DNA of 64,000 bases from Eledone cirrhosa (GCA_964016885.1 OZ024742.1:220658001-220722000); one strand, 5' to 3'; shown: positions 1-13,497, numbered from the stretch's first letter. Numbers and translations are program-made. The notes: generated by a model not told the origin, from the letters alone.

Positions 1-39
1 ATATACCTCCCGCCCTTCCTCCTTCATTCACCCCAATGT

Positions 40-215
40 TAAGTCTGTTCTAAGCTGAAGGCTCATCAGGCCAGTGTTTATCCCTAGTTTTCTTGGTATT
101 AAGCACTCCCTGGATAGGACACCAGTCTATCATAGGTTTAACTTTCTAGCTACTGCTGGTACTCACTGTCAGCTGAGTACACTGGAGCAACATGAAATAA
201 AGTGTTTTGCACCCC
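40..215 (-). mobile_element. SINE fragment
   Basis: Shares the block agctgagtacactggagcaacatgaaataaagtgt with 17335-17375, where it adjoins a reverse tRNA B-box; boundaries approximate. Confidence 0.5.
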
Positions 216-459
216 AATGTCGCAATGTGCCAATTATGTATCTTCTACAAGGTGATTTGACTTGCTAGAAAGAACAGAATAATCTCACTCATATTATGCT
301 CTACCATATTAAAAAGATATGAACATACATTGGATAATGTGGTATTGGGCTTCTACATATGATTTGGTGAACAAGAACAACAAAGACGATAATGTAAACA
401 ACCACAACAGCGTCATTCATCCTGCAGTGTTTCTGTGTTTGCCAGCACATGAAAATATA

Positions 460-605
460 TCTTCTTCACCCACTTATTCCCGAGAGGGTCATGGGAGCAA
501 AGTCCTCAAACACTTCTTTCAACGGGGCCTGTCAGAATCAACTGTCTCCAATTGATCCAGCAGTATCCCTAAGCAAGACCAGCTGAGCTCAAATGTTATT
601 CAGTT
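460..605 (-). mobile_element. 3' end of RTE LINE family B
   Basis: cttcttcacccacttattcccgagagggtcatgggagcaaagtcc matches the family-B 3' terminus at 38105-38160 and, reversed, at 16330-16370. Confidence 0.6.
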
Positions 606-1134
606 ATCTTACACATGGTCTACATCTGGGTTTACTGCAAGTTAGTTTTGCTTGTAAAATCTGTCCAGTGATTCTTTCCTCAGACATTCTAACCACATGC
701 CCATAGTATCAATTACTTCAGAGCAAGCATCTGTAGTTTACCAAGGACAATGTAAACCCACACCTATTTTGATGTACTTTAACAACAACGAGAAACTGTT
801 TCACAGAGCCAGGAGAAATAAGATCGTACTGTCAGTGCTACACTAGTCCAAAACAATCATCATATAGGGAAGATACAGAATTGATCATGTTTATGTTATC
901 TGTAGAGAACTTACATAAGTTAACAAAACTCAAGTCTCCTATCTTGATTTAGGAGTTTCATAAATTTGATAGCCTATTTTACTCAAGGTCAGATGTGTTC
1001 AACAGTAGAAAATGATAGCAACCTATACATATTTAATCCCAACATAGAAATTAGTTGACAGAGATTAATAAATGTTGTTTACAGAGAAACATTAAATTAA
1101 TCAGTGTTGCAGCATTTATTTTAGCAGAAATATG

Positions 1135-1340
1135 GTTTCTGATTTAGACACAAGGTCAACAATTTTGGGGTAGGAGTAAGTTGATTAAATCAAACCCTGT
1201 GCATTACTGATACTTTATTTTATCGACCCCATAAAAACGAAAGACGAAGCTAACCTTGGTGGGATTTGAACTCAGAATGTAAAGGGACATAAATGTATAC
1301 TGCGAAGCATGGTGTCTGAAGCTCTATTGGTACTGCCATT
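1135..1340 (-). mobile_element. tRNA-derived SINE
   Basis: Reverse B-box (gggatttgaactcag) plus the shared body tactttattttatcgacccc seen in the other SINE copies. Confidence 0.75.
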
Positions 1341-1756
1341 CCAGTGTCATATTTTGATAGAAATACACCATCAGAATACAATTCCTGCTTAAATGCTTTC
1401 TATTTCTATTGGATGATACAAATATGAAACATGACAGTAAACTTTGTAAATCTGGATGGTAAGAAACTCTCAGGAGAGTTGGACAACAGAAGGTCTTCAG
1501 AGGAGAAACATTCCCTCAAGCAAGTATTTCAGCTCTAAACTAGGAACATGTAGTATAGCTCCATGCAAAATACATCGCTATGCAACAATTCATATGTAAA
1601 ATATTCAAGATTCTCATTAGTAAGCTGGGCAACAAACATTACCTGATATTTATTTATTTAATCAATTTAAACATCCATATAGTGTTAGCAAGCCATGACA
1701 GACTAAGGGAAGTATCTAGTACTTCTTACTGTTGAGAAACAAAAAACAATATATAC

Positions 1757-4735
1757 AGACAGATTCTATGAGACATTGATGCTCACTACCTCCCAAATAA
1801 CCGACAGTGACTACATAATTATTGCTGGCGACCTAAATGGTCACATTGGACAACATTGTGATGGCTATGACAGAATCCATGGAGGCTATGGGTTTGGTAC
1901 TAGAAATGAGGAAGGCTCCAGAATCCTGGAATTCTCTGACGCAAATAACCTAACTATATGTAACACTAACTTCAAAAAACGAGACAATCACTTGATCACC
2001 TATAGATCAGGGGAATACGCCAGTCAGATAGATTATATCCTTACCAGAAGACGTGATAGAGTGTCTGTTGTAAACACTAAATCCCTCCCCTATGAAGAAT
2101 GCACCTCCCAACATACTCATAGTCAGCGACCTCATAGTCAGGACAAGACGTACTCGACAACAGAGGAGGACTATCCTCAGGAGAAAAATATGGAAGCTAA
2201 AGGACCCCACAGCCAGTAATAAATTTAAAAGCATATTACTTGATGCTTTTGACAGTAAGGAAGAGTAATTAGAGTCGTACAATATAGAGGAACAGTGGGA
2301 ATTCCTGAAAGCTAACCTGCTGAAGGCGGCAGATGAAGTCTGTGGCTGGAGCAAGCCTATAGGCAGGAGGAGAGTAACGTGGTGGTGGAACAGTAAGGTG
2401 GAGGAGTCAATTAAGGCCAAAAAGCAGGCTTGGAAGGTATGGCGGGATGGGGGAAGTAGAGAAGACTATCAAGTGGCCAGGAGGGAAGCTAGGAGACAAG
2501 TGTACTTCGCAAGAAGGGAAGCAGAGGAAAGAAAGTTCAAGCATGTTCTACAATGCAAGGACCAAAAACGTGAGGTGTTCAGGATTGCGAGGCAATGTGT
2601 CAAGGAAAACCGTGATATTGTCAGGGAGAAGTGTGTCCTTAATGATGATGGTGTACTTGCCATCACTGACGCTGATAAGAAGGTAGCTTGGAAGTGTCAC
2701 TACGAAAGGCTACTAAATGAAGAGAATAAATGGGAGAAAGACAGTCTCCCCCACATCGAGCCAATAGAGAAACCAGCAGTGCTAGTTGAAGGTGGTATAA
2801 TAAGTAAGGCAATCAAAGATATGAAGACGGGTAAGGCGGCTGGGCCTTCGGAAATAGTTGCTGAAATGCTGAAAGCATCTGGAACGGTGGGACACACTAT
2901 GGTCACCCGGATAGTAAACCAAGTCATACAGAATGGGGTCGTTTCGAAGGACTGGCGTAGCAGCATCATCATTAACTGCTACAAGGGTAAAGGCGATGTC
3001 CTAGATAGGGGTAACTATAGAGGCATTAAATTAATCGATCAGGTCATGAATGTCACAGAAAAAGTAACAGCGCAACTAATCAGAGAGCGAATTGATCTAG
3101 ATGAAATGCAGTTCGGGTTTGTGTCAGGTAAAAGTACCACAGACGCTCTTTTTATTGTACGACAACTACAGGAGAAGTACCTAGCTAAAAATAAACCCCT
3201 ATACTTAGCTTTTGTTGACTTGGAGAAAGCCTTTGACAGAGTCCCCCGCTCCATTATCTGGTGGGCTCTTAGAAAACTAGGTGTTGATGAATGGCTTGTG
3301 AGAGTTACACAAGCCATGATTAAAGAAACAGTCAGCAAGGTTAGAATTAACAACGAATATAATGAAGAGTTTAGCGTAAAAGTTGGTGTTCATCAGGGCT
3401 CCGTTCTTAGCCCCCTACTATTTATTATTGCCCTTCAGGCTATAGCAGAGGAGTTCAAGACCGGCTGCCCATGAGAACTCCTATATGCAGATGATCTAAC
3501 GCTCATAGCTGAATCAATGGCTGAACTAGAGAAGAAATTCCAAACATGGTAGCATGGCCTAGAATCAAAAGGCCTTAAAATTAACCTGTCTAAGACTAAA
3601 GTTCTAGTTTGTAGGAAGGAAAATAGGGCACCGGTCCCATCTGGGAAATGGCCATGCTCAGTGTGTAGGAAAGGAGTAGGCAGAAACTCCATCTTATGTC
3701 CCAAATGCAAAGTATGGGTGCATAAAAGATGTAGTGGGATCACAGGTAAGCTAAGAATATAGATTTTATATGTAGCTGGTGCTCTGGTGCAATAAGTAGC
3801 AGCAAGTGCCCACAGAATACTAGCTCATTCCATTGCACAGATGGTTCTATAGAAATAGTGGACACCTTCCGTTACCTGGGTGACAAAATCAGCAGTGGTG
3901 GAGGGTGCTCTAAAAGTACAGTAGCTAGAGTCAGAACAGGATGGAAAAAGTTCAGAGAGCTTATACTACTATTGGCCGCTAAAGGGTTCTCTCTAAAAAT
4001 GAAAGGCAGGCTGTATGATGCCTGCATACGAACAGCAATGTTACATGGCAGTGAGACCTGGGCATTGTGTGCAGACTGGAGAGGAACGAAGCTTGCATGC
4101 TCCGCTGTATGTGTAATAGTAATATACATGAATGGCAAAGCATAAACGAACTAAGGGAGAAATTAGGAATAAGAGGGATCAGATATTGTTTACTCGAGAG
4201 AAGACTACATTGGTACGGTCACGTGATGCGCATGAAAGACGACAGCTGTATAAAAAAGTGCAGGGCGATAAAATAGACGGTAGCCAAGGAGTAGGCAGAC
4301 CCAGAAAAACCTGGGACGACTTGATAAATTCCGACCTCACACACTTACACCTCTCCAAGACAATGTCACTGGCGCTACACAGTAATACAGAAGACCCGTC
4401 TTGCCTAAGTACAAAGCGAAACCTACAGTCAATAGGTACCTCTAACAAAAATACACCCCCGTCCCACTACCCCTACCCCTTTCAATGTAAAGTTATGTTG
4501 GTACCACAACATCCAGTCCGAAACAAATGAGGGTGTAGGTGTCACGACAAAAAACACAGTCCACGCTGTAATGTGGCCGTGTAGGTAACACAGTAAAAAC
4601 CTCCCAGTCCACACTGTAAACGTGGTTGGTGTTAGGAAGGGCATCCAGCCTTAGAAAACCCGCCAGACAGTCCTATACGAGCAAGACAACCAATCTTGCC
4701 TCAAGTGGGAAAATTCCCGTCCAAACCCATATATA
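1757..4735 (+). mobile_element. Degenerate RTE-clade LINE (family A): APE endonuclease C-half, RT, PHD-like Cys finger, 3' UTR
   Basis: GDLNGHIG and SQIDYIL (APE); AFVDLEKAFDRVPR, GVHQGSVLSP and YADD at 3484-3495 (RT); RTE tail RRLHWYGHVMRM..GRPRKTW; several stops and frameshifts. Confidence 0.93.
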
Positions 4736-5284
4736 CCAATATATACTTACATAAGGAATTCAATTCAGTTCCATGAATTGTATTTGTTGTTCAATTTACA
4801 GTACTGATATGTTCTTGTAGTACCAAATTAGAACCATGTGGATTGGCTCATTTCAAAGATTTAAGTCATTAATATGGACACACACAGTACAGGTGAGAAA
4901 GGATACAAACTGTCCATCTCTCAGTTGTTTGTTCAGTACCTTACTGATTTTGTTGTTCTCTCTCTCTCTCTCTATATATATATATAATATATGTGTGTGT
5001 ATGTGTGTAACAAAAGGCCGATAATTTTTTAAAAGCTGGTAAAATGCAGTAGAAAAATACGAAGGGTAAATGATGACAAATGAAACAAAACAAAACAAAG
5101 TAATGTTTTACCAGAGTATTTTAGCATTATATTTCAGAGCTATTACTCACTTTTCAGATGTGAAGCTGAAACAGTCCAAGACAAAACAAAACGAGCTATC
5201 AAACTTTTCTCCCCTAACTGGTCTATGTGTTTGAAAAACACATGCATAGAGTTGCTACAGTAACCATTCATGTATTTCTGACCT

Positions 5285-6050
5285 ATTATTTATCTCTGGT
5301 TTTATTCATCTGATGAAAATGGTCTCTTTAACCCTTAAATTGCCAATATACCTTTCAGTCACCTCTATGGTGATCTCAATGTCTTGGCTGGGGCATCAAG
5401 ATGCTTTTTAATAAAAGAAGCTCTCATTGTTATGTGTTCCTTGATCGATTGTGTAGCCTCCTTATGGTACTTTTGATGTATGGGGAGATACATTTTTTGC
5501 ACATGATCTTATAGACCACATATGATCTCAAACATACTTCTGCATTGTTGACAGGACAATTAGAAAGTGTGAATATATCACTGTATTTAGGTTGGTGTCT
5601 GTGGAGGGTACTGGGTCTGCCAGCCATATATTCAATCCCTCCCTAGAGATGGCTTGACTGATGGCAGCTGTAGTCTTCTCATTGAAATATGGCAGCTTTA
5701 GGTAGCATATGTTATCCTTAGGGGCACATGTCCTCCTTGTTCTTTTAATTGTTGCTGCCTTAGCATTTCGGTGTTTGGTGAAAGAAGTAGGGTGGCTGGT
5801 TTCAGTAAGAACTCTTTGGAATTCCACCGTGCTGGTATGTCTGTTGCTACCCCCGCTACATCTGTTGCATACTCAGAAGATCTCTTCCCTTATATAGGCA
5901 ATTTTAGTTCTGTAGGGAAGGGCAGAGTCATGGTGTACGAAAATGTTTCTGCAGGCATCCTTCCTGTATAAATTGGTGTATATAGATCCCTCCTCTGAGA
6001 CTCATGGTATAAAGTCAAGTAGAGAGAGGGATCCAGTGGTGTCTGGATGT
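5285..6050 (-). mobile_element. Penelope-like element 3' fragment (RT thumb/linker and GIY-YIG endonuclease)
   Basis: YLKLPYFNEK linker and VVYKIMCKKCISPYIKSTIRRLHNR (degenerate GIY-YIG); frameshifted. Confidence 0.8.
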
Positions 6051-6389
6051 TCAACCTAAAATTTTACATGTGCATCTATGTTTTGAAAGGTATTGTAAAT
6101 CTTGACAGCTTCTTCATGTAATGAAGTGAGCATATTAAACCTCTTAAAGGAGATGGTACAGGATCGAGATCTCTAGCAATATGGCTGTACTGCAGAAACC
6201 TGCCTTCCCATGAACACATGATGAAATAAACATGTAGAGAACACAAGTCTCTACCAATCCTCTCCCTACCTTTCTCTTGTCTTAATACCTTGTCTTCACC
6301 AACTAAATATCCCACTCATCTCATCCATGTCCAACTTATATACTTGTTTTCCTCCCCTCTTCACAACTACACTTTCACAATACAGTTGC

Positions 6390-6652
6390 CATGACAAAAA
6401 AAAAACAGAACACTTAGTTCACCCTGTATGGCAATCTGGTGCCACAACAACAAAAGCATTCAGTCCACTCTGTAATGTGGTCATACTGGTAACATGACAA
6501 GAGGCACCACCCACTCCACTCTGTACAGTGGTCGTGTTGGTGACACAAGAGGCTTCTAGTCCACCCTGTATAGTGGTCATGCTAGTGACATGACAAAAAG
6601 CACCAAGTCCACCCTGTAAAGTGGTTGTGCTGATGACACAACAAAAAGCACC
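6390..6652 (+). repeat. Minisatellite, about 45-50 bp unit, about 5 copies
   Basis: Recurrent gtccac(c/t)ctgta(a)agtggtc(g/a)tgctggtgaca..aaaagcac; same motif as the RTE 3' UTR at 4540-4625. Confidence 0.75.
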
Positions 6653-7109
6653 TTACTCTCCTTCAACCTTCTGAAAAAAGGTATAGCGTGAAATATTATC
6701 TAATAACTTTTCCCACTTCTCTCATGTTCTCAAGTGACCTCTCTTTCCTTTTACTCTGCTTTTCTTCCTCTATCTCTTGCCTCCTTTTTTTGTCTCATTC
6801 TATCTATTTCTCATCACCCCCACTTCCTTGACCTTATGCCACCGACACGTTGTCCCATCGCATTCTACTGCTAACCTTCCTGCTATCCACTTTGCTCAGG
6901 ATTAACATCCAAATTAATTAAGTAATTTTTTTCTCTCTTCTTCATGGCTAAGTTAATTTGCACATTTTTTGTTTTCAGTTGAAGCACACCACCAGTACAT
7001 AATACTTTTTTCACTTTTTTTTTGTGTAATTTGTTGGAAAGACACATTCTGTTTTGTGTTACAGTATTGCAAGCCTGTGTGAGCTGGAGGGAACAGTATC
7101 AACTTTAAA

Positions 7110-7271
7110 GCACTAAAACCATAAGGATCTTCCAGTAGTTGATGATGGGCTTCTGCACAGTTTCCACCTATCAAATTTCACTCATAAGGCATTAGTCAAG
7201 CAGTAGCTACAGTAAACATTTACACAAGGTACTATGCAGTGAAATTAAACCCCAAACCACATGATTGTAAG
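7110..7271 (-). mobile_element. SINE (second family)
   Basis: cagtttccacctatcaaatttcactcataaggcattagtc..gcagtgaaattaaacccc; homologous to 14435-14575. Confidence 0.6.
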
Positions 7272-7563
7272 CAGTGATTCTCAACGTGGTCCAGGTGGAC
7301 CACTGGTGGTCCACATAGCATTTCTAGTGGTCCACAGAGAATTCGTAGCCATTTCACAAAACTGTAACTAATATAATATTTTGTTTAATTACACACATGT
7401 CCATTATATTTGAAAATTTCGAGTTCACAGCTCTGATACTATAGGCATGTGGTTAGAATGTCTCTAGCAGTTCTATTACAAAAGATTTAAAAGTTTAGGT
7501 GGTCCACAGGAAAAAATTACTTATTTTGGTGGTCCACAGCGAAAAATAAGTTGAGAACCCCTG
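7272..7563. mobile_element. hAT (Charlie-like) MITE
   Basis: TIRs cagtgattctcaac / gttgagaacccctg and repeated subterminal gtggtccac motifs; TSD degraded. Confidence 0.8.
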
Positions 7564-8411
7564 ATGTAGAATACCCTTAAAGGTCTGGCTCTAAACTTTG
7601 GAATTCAAGAAAAAAAAAAATGAACCAGAGGAATAGAATGTACTTTCAGATCCCCAAACTCTTGCACCAGGAACTTATAAAACAACAGTTAGGCATCTAA
7701 AGGCTCACAATTATATAAGTGCCTACCAAAGTAGATAAATATTTAGATGGAAAGACAATTAAGTGCAGTATATGTGTATAATTATCTTTAACTTAATCAT
7801 TTGTATATCCATTTGTGTTTGCTTCACTCTTATCGTTTGTTGTTGCTACTGTTGTTGTTTTTGTTCTTATTGTAGTTTCTTTGTTTTCTGTTTAGAATTC
7901 TCCCATACTATTTTTTTAACAAAATGTTTTGTCATGTTTTTAAATTTCATTGTTGTAACTGTGAAGTTCCTGATAAGACAAAGTACAGGTAACCTTTTAA
8001 ATCTTACATGTACATTGAATCTTGGCAAACAAACAGATACAGCAAGATTTCATTCTTTCATTTTTTTTTTTGTTCAAATACATTTTTACACAAACACATG
8101 CAGTTAAAAAAACATTTTTGGGTGTTACTAGACTGGTGAGCCTGAATATGGTAACATATTTCTGTACTTGTTTTCTAGATTTGCTAATGAAAATATTGGT
8201 AATCAATTAATGTTTTCTTTTACCACATATTTAAATAAACTTTTGCCATGTTTTCACCTACATAACTGTCTAATTATTATGTGAGTGATGTTTCATTCAA
8301 GTTTATTTTTAAATGTAATACGTTCCGATCAATATTTCCCAACTGGGTGGTTATCAGTGGGAAGCATATCCCCCATTTGTAAAAACAATTATTCCAACAG
8401 AAACTACCAAA

Positions 8412-9640
8412 CATCATTATCATCATCACCGTTTTACGTCCATTCTTCCACGCTAGCATGGGTTAAACGGGTTTTCCTGAGGTGGGCAGTGCCCGGTCGG
8501 CTCACCTTGTTTTGCTCATACAGGAACTGATTCTGGCTTGATTTCTACAGCTGGATGCCCTTCCTAACACCAACCTCATTTACAGTGAGTACTGGCTGCT
8601 TTTTTTCCGTGGCGCCTGCACGACCACTTTACAGTGTGGACGGCGTGCTTTTTGGTTGTGGCACCTCCATGACCACTTTGCAGTGGGAGGGGTTGGGGGT
8701 ATATTGTCTATATGCTTCAGCTTCAGCTTGTACCCATGGGAAGTCAGGTCTTCTGTGTTACCTACTGCATGACACCAAAGGTCATGGTCCTGTGTCATTG
8801 CCTTTGAGAGGTGCAATTGGGTAAGGTTGGCTTTTATTGCCTCATCCCAGGTCTTCTTGGGTTTCCCCACTCCACGGCTTCCATCGACTTCTAGTGCTCT
8901 GCACCTTTTTATGCAGCTGTCATCCTTCATACGCATCACATGTCCATACCAACGTAACCTTCTCTCCTGCACACAGCATTTGATTCCTCTTATGCTCAGT
9001 TTCTCTCTCAATTCATTTATGCTTTGCCGTTCATGTATATTACTATTACACAACCATTGGAGCATGCAAGCTTCGTTTCTTTCTAATCTACGCAAGTCTT
9101 CTACACACAATGCCCAGGTCTTACTACCATGTAACATTGCTGTTTGTATGCATGCATCATACAGTCTTCCTTTCATTCTGAGGGCAAACCCTTTTGTAGC
9201 TAGCAGTGGCAGTAGCTCCCTGAACTTCTTCCATCCCGTTCTTATCCTGGTTACTGTACTTTCCGAACACCCACCTCTGCTGCTAATTCGGTCACCTAGG
9301 TAGCAGAAGCTGTCTACTGTTTCTACAGAGCCCTCCCAGAGTTTGGTGGTGCTTGTTTCCTGTGGCCTTTTGCTGTCTGCTGTCCTGGTGCAGCTGCTAC
9401 ATGTAAAGCCTACATTCTTAGTTAAGCTTCCTGAGATCCCACTACATCTCTTGTGTACTCATTGTTTGCATTTGGGGCAGAGGATGGAGTTCCTACCTAC
9501 ACCTTTCCTACATACTGAGCAAGGCCATTTCCCTGAGGGGATCTGGGTTCTGTTTTCTCGTTTATTTACGAGGACCTTAGTTTTTGTCATGTTGACTTTG
9601 AGACCCTTTCTTTCTAGTCCCTGCTCCCATGTTTGAAAAT
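8412..9640 (-). mobile_element. RTE family A LINE 3' part with short (ATG)n tail
   Basis: ORF 8580-9176 KGRLYDACIQTAMLHGS..RRLRWYGHVMRM; Cys finger upstream; 3' UTR motif ttaggaagggcatccagc. Confidence 0.9.
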
Positions 9641-9704
9641 ATATCCTAATTTTTAAAAAATTGTTGCTATGAAATTGTGAATGTAATAAAGTATATTATA
9701 TAAT

Positions 9705-9870
9705 TGTTTCTACTTTTGGCACAAGGCCAGCAATTACTTTATGTTATCGACCCCGTAAGGATGAAAGGCAAAGCTAACCTCGGCGGGATTTGAACACAGA
9801 TTGGAAAGGGCCGTAACTCCATGCATCAAAGCATGGCGTCCGACCCTCTACTGATACTGCCAATCCACCA
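9705..9870 (-). mobile_element. tRNA-derived SINE
   Basis: Reverse of ggtggattggcagtatcagtagagggtcggacgccatgc..gttcaaatcccgcc (A and B boxes). Confidence 0.85.
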
Positions 9871-11744
9871 GTAAGTATATTATGTAATGATGTTGAAATG
9901 AAAACCAAATATCTGTTGTTTAAATAACAGTAATATTTGGAAATTGGGAAAGAATAACAAAAAAATGACTGATAAGTTTCACCAAGCCAGTACATTGTGG
10001 TAAGAAATATATAAAGGGCAAAGGATGACAAATAAAATAAAACAAAGTAATGTTTTACTTAATATATTTCAACATGATATTTTAGGCCTGTTGTCCTCTA
10101 TTCAAATGTGAAATGAAAATGGTTTAAAACAAAAAAAGAATGATCGTTGTGTTCTTCCCCAACAAAAAATATAAACACAGATGAAAGAATGATAAAAATA
10201 CCACAAAAAATATATAAACACACATGTATCAGTAATGAAACAACATTATTGTTTAAAATTTAAATTTTGCATACTCCATAGGGAAAATACAGTTTAAAAG
10301 AAGTTTACTTTGATAATAACATATTGAAATTAACTCCGCCATTTTATTCAGCATATCAAATGTCGACATTAAGACAAACAGAAAAATTATTTTAAAAACT
10401 ATTTCAAGAACTGATCAGTATATCATGAAATCATCAATATTATATCCACACATATTTGGACAATGAAGATGCATTAGACTTTTGCAAATGTCTAACACAA
10501 TGAGTCCATTAAGTATGTCTATTTTTTTTATAAGTTCTTGGTTATCTTGTGATATTTTTTGATTTGAAAATCACACCTTGTAGTGTTGTTTCAGAATATT
10601 GATTTATCAATGGTAGCTGGCCATTAGTGTGGTATATGACACATTCCTACAGAAGACATTGGTTTTGCCTTTTGCCATTGTGTGCAGTTGCATTATGTTC
10701 AATGCTGGGGATAGGGTAGTAGCCTGTCCTTCCAAAGAGATGCTTGACCATCTCTTGCTGTTGAGATTGTTATTTGTCAGATCTATCTTGAGATTGTAAT
10801 TTTTTTTGCCTGTGTTTCTAGATGTGTCTTGCTTTTATAGCATGTTTTTGGGAGTATGACTGTTACAAGTAGCATAAAAAATGGCATTTCATTTTGGAAT
10901 CATTTCATTATTTGCTATTAAACCATGTGTGATGTGATGTGTCTATATTTGATTTAACTTTGAAATTGCGTTTTTTCTTTCATTTTGTATTTTTAAATGA
11001 TGATAGTTGTATTCCTGGGTCAGACAGGTTCTCAGTGAAAATGATAACTGGCACAGTTACAAATGGAAAGAAAAAGTGTGTAAGGAATACTCCACCACTC
11101 ACATTATAATAAAAGGAAAAGGTAGTTCAAATGATCAAACTAACACATTATTATCTTATTTTACAGGGTTGTATGATGATGTTATGACTGCTCACATGAT
11201 TTAGCATGGGTTAGTAAAGTGGAAAATGCAGGTTTAGCAATTTTTGTAATGTGGTCAAAGCATGAAGTGTCAAAAATCAGCTTACCAAACTTAAGTTAAA
11301 AATATTTTGTTTAGGAGAGCTGACCTAGGGTGCTAAATACTTAAGCACTGGCTCTGATTCCAACCCTACATGGACCACCATCTTCTTTCTTACCAGTAAC
11401 ACATGAAAACATCCACCATCACATCCATCAACATATTACACACACATAACAAAAATACTAGAAAATATCCATAACAATTCTACAATATTTACAACACATA
11501 GAAGACATTGTACAGAAAGCAAAACATTATATATAATCTAGATGGAGTGTGAGGCTTGACATTAGTTAGTTCAACAGAGAAATGATATTCCAGCACAAGC
11601 AATATATTACATCCATCATCTGTTATGCTAATCTTGCCTAAGATCCTAACCATTTCACAACAAATTACAAACAGCCCATTTCACATTATCACAGACTGTA
11701 CACATGCCACTTACAGACTACCTACATGGTTAAATAAAAATATG

Positions 11745-11920
11745 AAGTTTCTCTGAGGACACCTAACTCGCTAGAAATAGCAGTTGACTCTTATCATCTT
11801 AAAAAAAAGGAAGCACATCATTGGACAGTGTATTCCAGGACAAACAAAGCCAAGATGATCAGGGCTGGAACGCCTGTGATCATGTCTGCTCAATCAGAGC
11901 TAAGCAAGAAGAACAACAAC
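11745..11920 (+). repeat. Dispersed SINE-like repeat (related copies near 250-380, 13135-13310 and reversed near 14810-14910)
   Basis: Shared core (t)gac(c/t)tg(c/t)tagaaata(g/a)ca..aatctc. Confidence 0.5.
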
Positions 11921-12184
11921 ATAGATACTAAACTGGAAGACAATCAGGATACAATTTTTTGATATAACAGTCCCTGCAACTACATGTCCAATTATCTCCA
12001 AACAGATAAATATACATCCCCACCCCACCTCAATCTATTACAACACCATTCTAAAGACCTGATCCCCCTCTTAGTCTAGACTTGTGGTTCTCAATTTTTT
12101 TTTACTACATAGTGCACTGGAGTTCGGTTAGGAAATTAATGATGCACTTTGTATGGAAAATTAAAAAAAAAAGCTTAAAATATA

Positions 12185-12835
12185 AGGTTGGATTCTGAGC
12201 ACTTTCAGGTCAAGAGACCGGGAAACCATGTTGGTCCTTTGGAGAACTTTTGTCCTCAGCCAACTAGACTATCACTCTCAGCTGTGGTTACCACACAGTG
12301 TCAAACTAACCATAGAACTTGAAGCAATTCAATGAAGCTACATCAAAAGGAATCACTCAATGAAGGAGTTGAGCTACTGGGAGAGGCTGAAAGAACTAGA
12401 ACAAAGATGGGAGAGATATGCAGTGATATATGTATGGAAGATCCTGGAAGAGCTAGCACCAAAACTTGGAATTGAGAGCTGGATCAACTCTCGAACAGAA
12501 TGCCATTGTATAGTGCTAATGGTCTCATCCTTCACATCAAGAATAAAGACAAGATACTACAATAGCCTAGGGTTCAAAGGGCCTTAGTTCTTTAATAAGC
12601 TGCCAAAAAATCTGAGAGATCTACATGGTGTGCATGTAGATGTTTTCAGGAAACATCTTGACATTCTGCTGACCAAGATCCTTGATGAACCCACAGCACA
12701 AATAAGGGTGGCAGAAACAGACTCCCTCTTAGATCAATGGCCAACCAAAGAAGACTGGCGATAGAAAGTGTATCTCAATGGCAGTACCCCAGCATGGCTT
12801 CAGCCAGTTGGCTGGAACAGGTAAAAGAGTAAAAG
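12185..12835 (+). mobile_element. CR1-like LINE 3' fragment
   Basis: Translates WILSTFRSRD..LDY.SQLW.P..LEAIQ..LSYWERLKEL..FNKLP; same family as 37255-37955. Confidence 0.8.
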
Positions 12836-13497
12836 AGTAAATTAAGAAAAAAATATTGAAAACTATTTGTTACCACATTTCACTAACCATATTTGTGTCT
12901 AACAAAATTATGAATAGCATGTTTTTCAAATACCTATGCATTAGCATAGATTTTTTAAATTTTCTAGATATCCCTTCTGCTGTAGCACTCTACTATTTGA
13001 GAAACACTGGTGTAGACAAACTAAAGAGATATATACACACAGAAATAACATTGGGATGTGATGCACATGACTACTGCATTCTGGTGTGTCTAGTTTGCCA
13101 ACACCAGTTGTACAAGGTGAGCCAATCAATAAGGGAACCTTTATGTGGTTACTTGACCTGTTAGAAATAACAACTTAAATCTCCCCGCTGTAGTTTTAAA
13201 TAAGAAAATATTAGATAGTACAGTCCAAAACATACTCCTTAAATATGGAAGATCAGGATTTGAATGCTTTGATTATAGGTTTGCTTGATCAAGGTTGATC
13301 TGGGGTTAAACATGCAGACAGAGGAAATGCAACAAGCCTAGACAACCACAATGTGTCCCATATGATGTCACAATCATTAACAATCTGTTACAATTGTAAA
13401 ACTAATAGTAAAGACTAAATAAGAGAAGAGTTTTCCCATTATCTTCTTTAGTTTTATGGGACATCAAGTCAGAACTACAATTTAATTAAACATTTCC

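Noticed and set aside
60-75. CUGAUGA on the minus strand
   Set aside because: Lies in a SINE tail with no downstream GAAA or stem III.
5305-5325. ctgatga as a hammerhead core
   Set aside because: No stem II or GAAA follows; it is the antisense of the PLE endonuclease C-terminal coding region.
7763-8107. Cys-rich hydrophobic ORF
   Set aside because: Low-complexity TG-rich DNA with no recognisable domain.
10600-10935. Possible ancient LINE linker region on the minus strand
   Set aside because: Only faint motif resemblance with many stops; cannot be supported.
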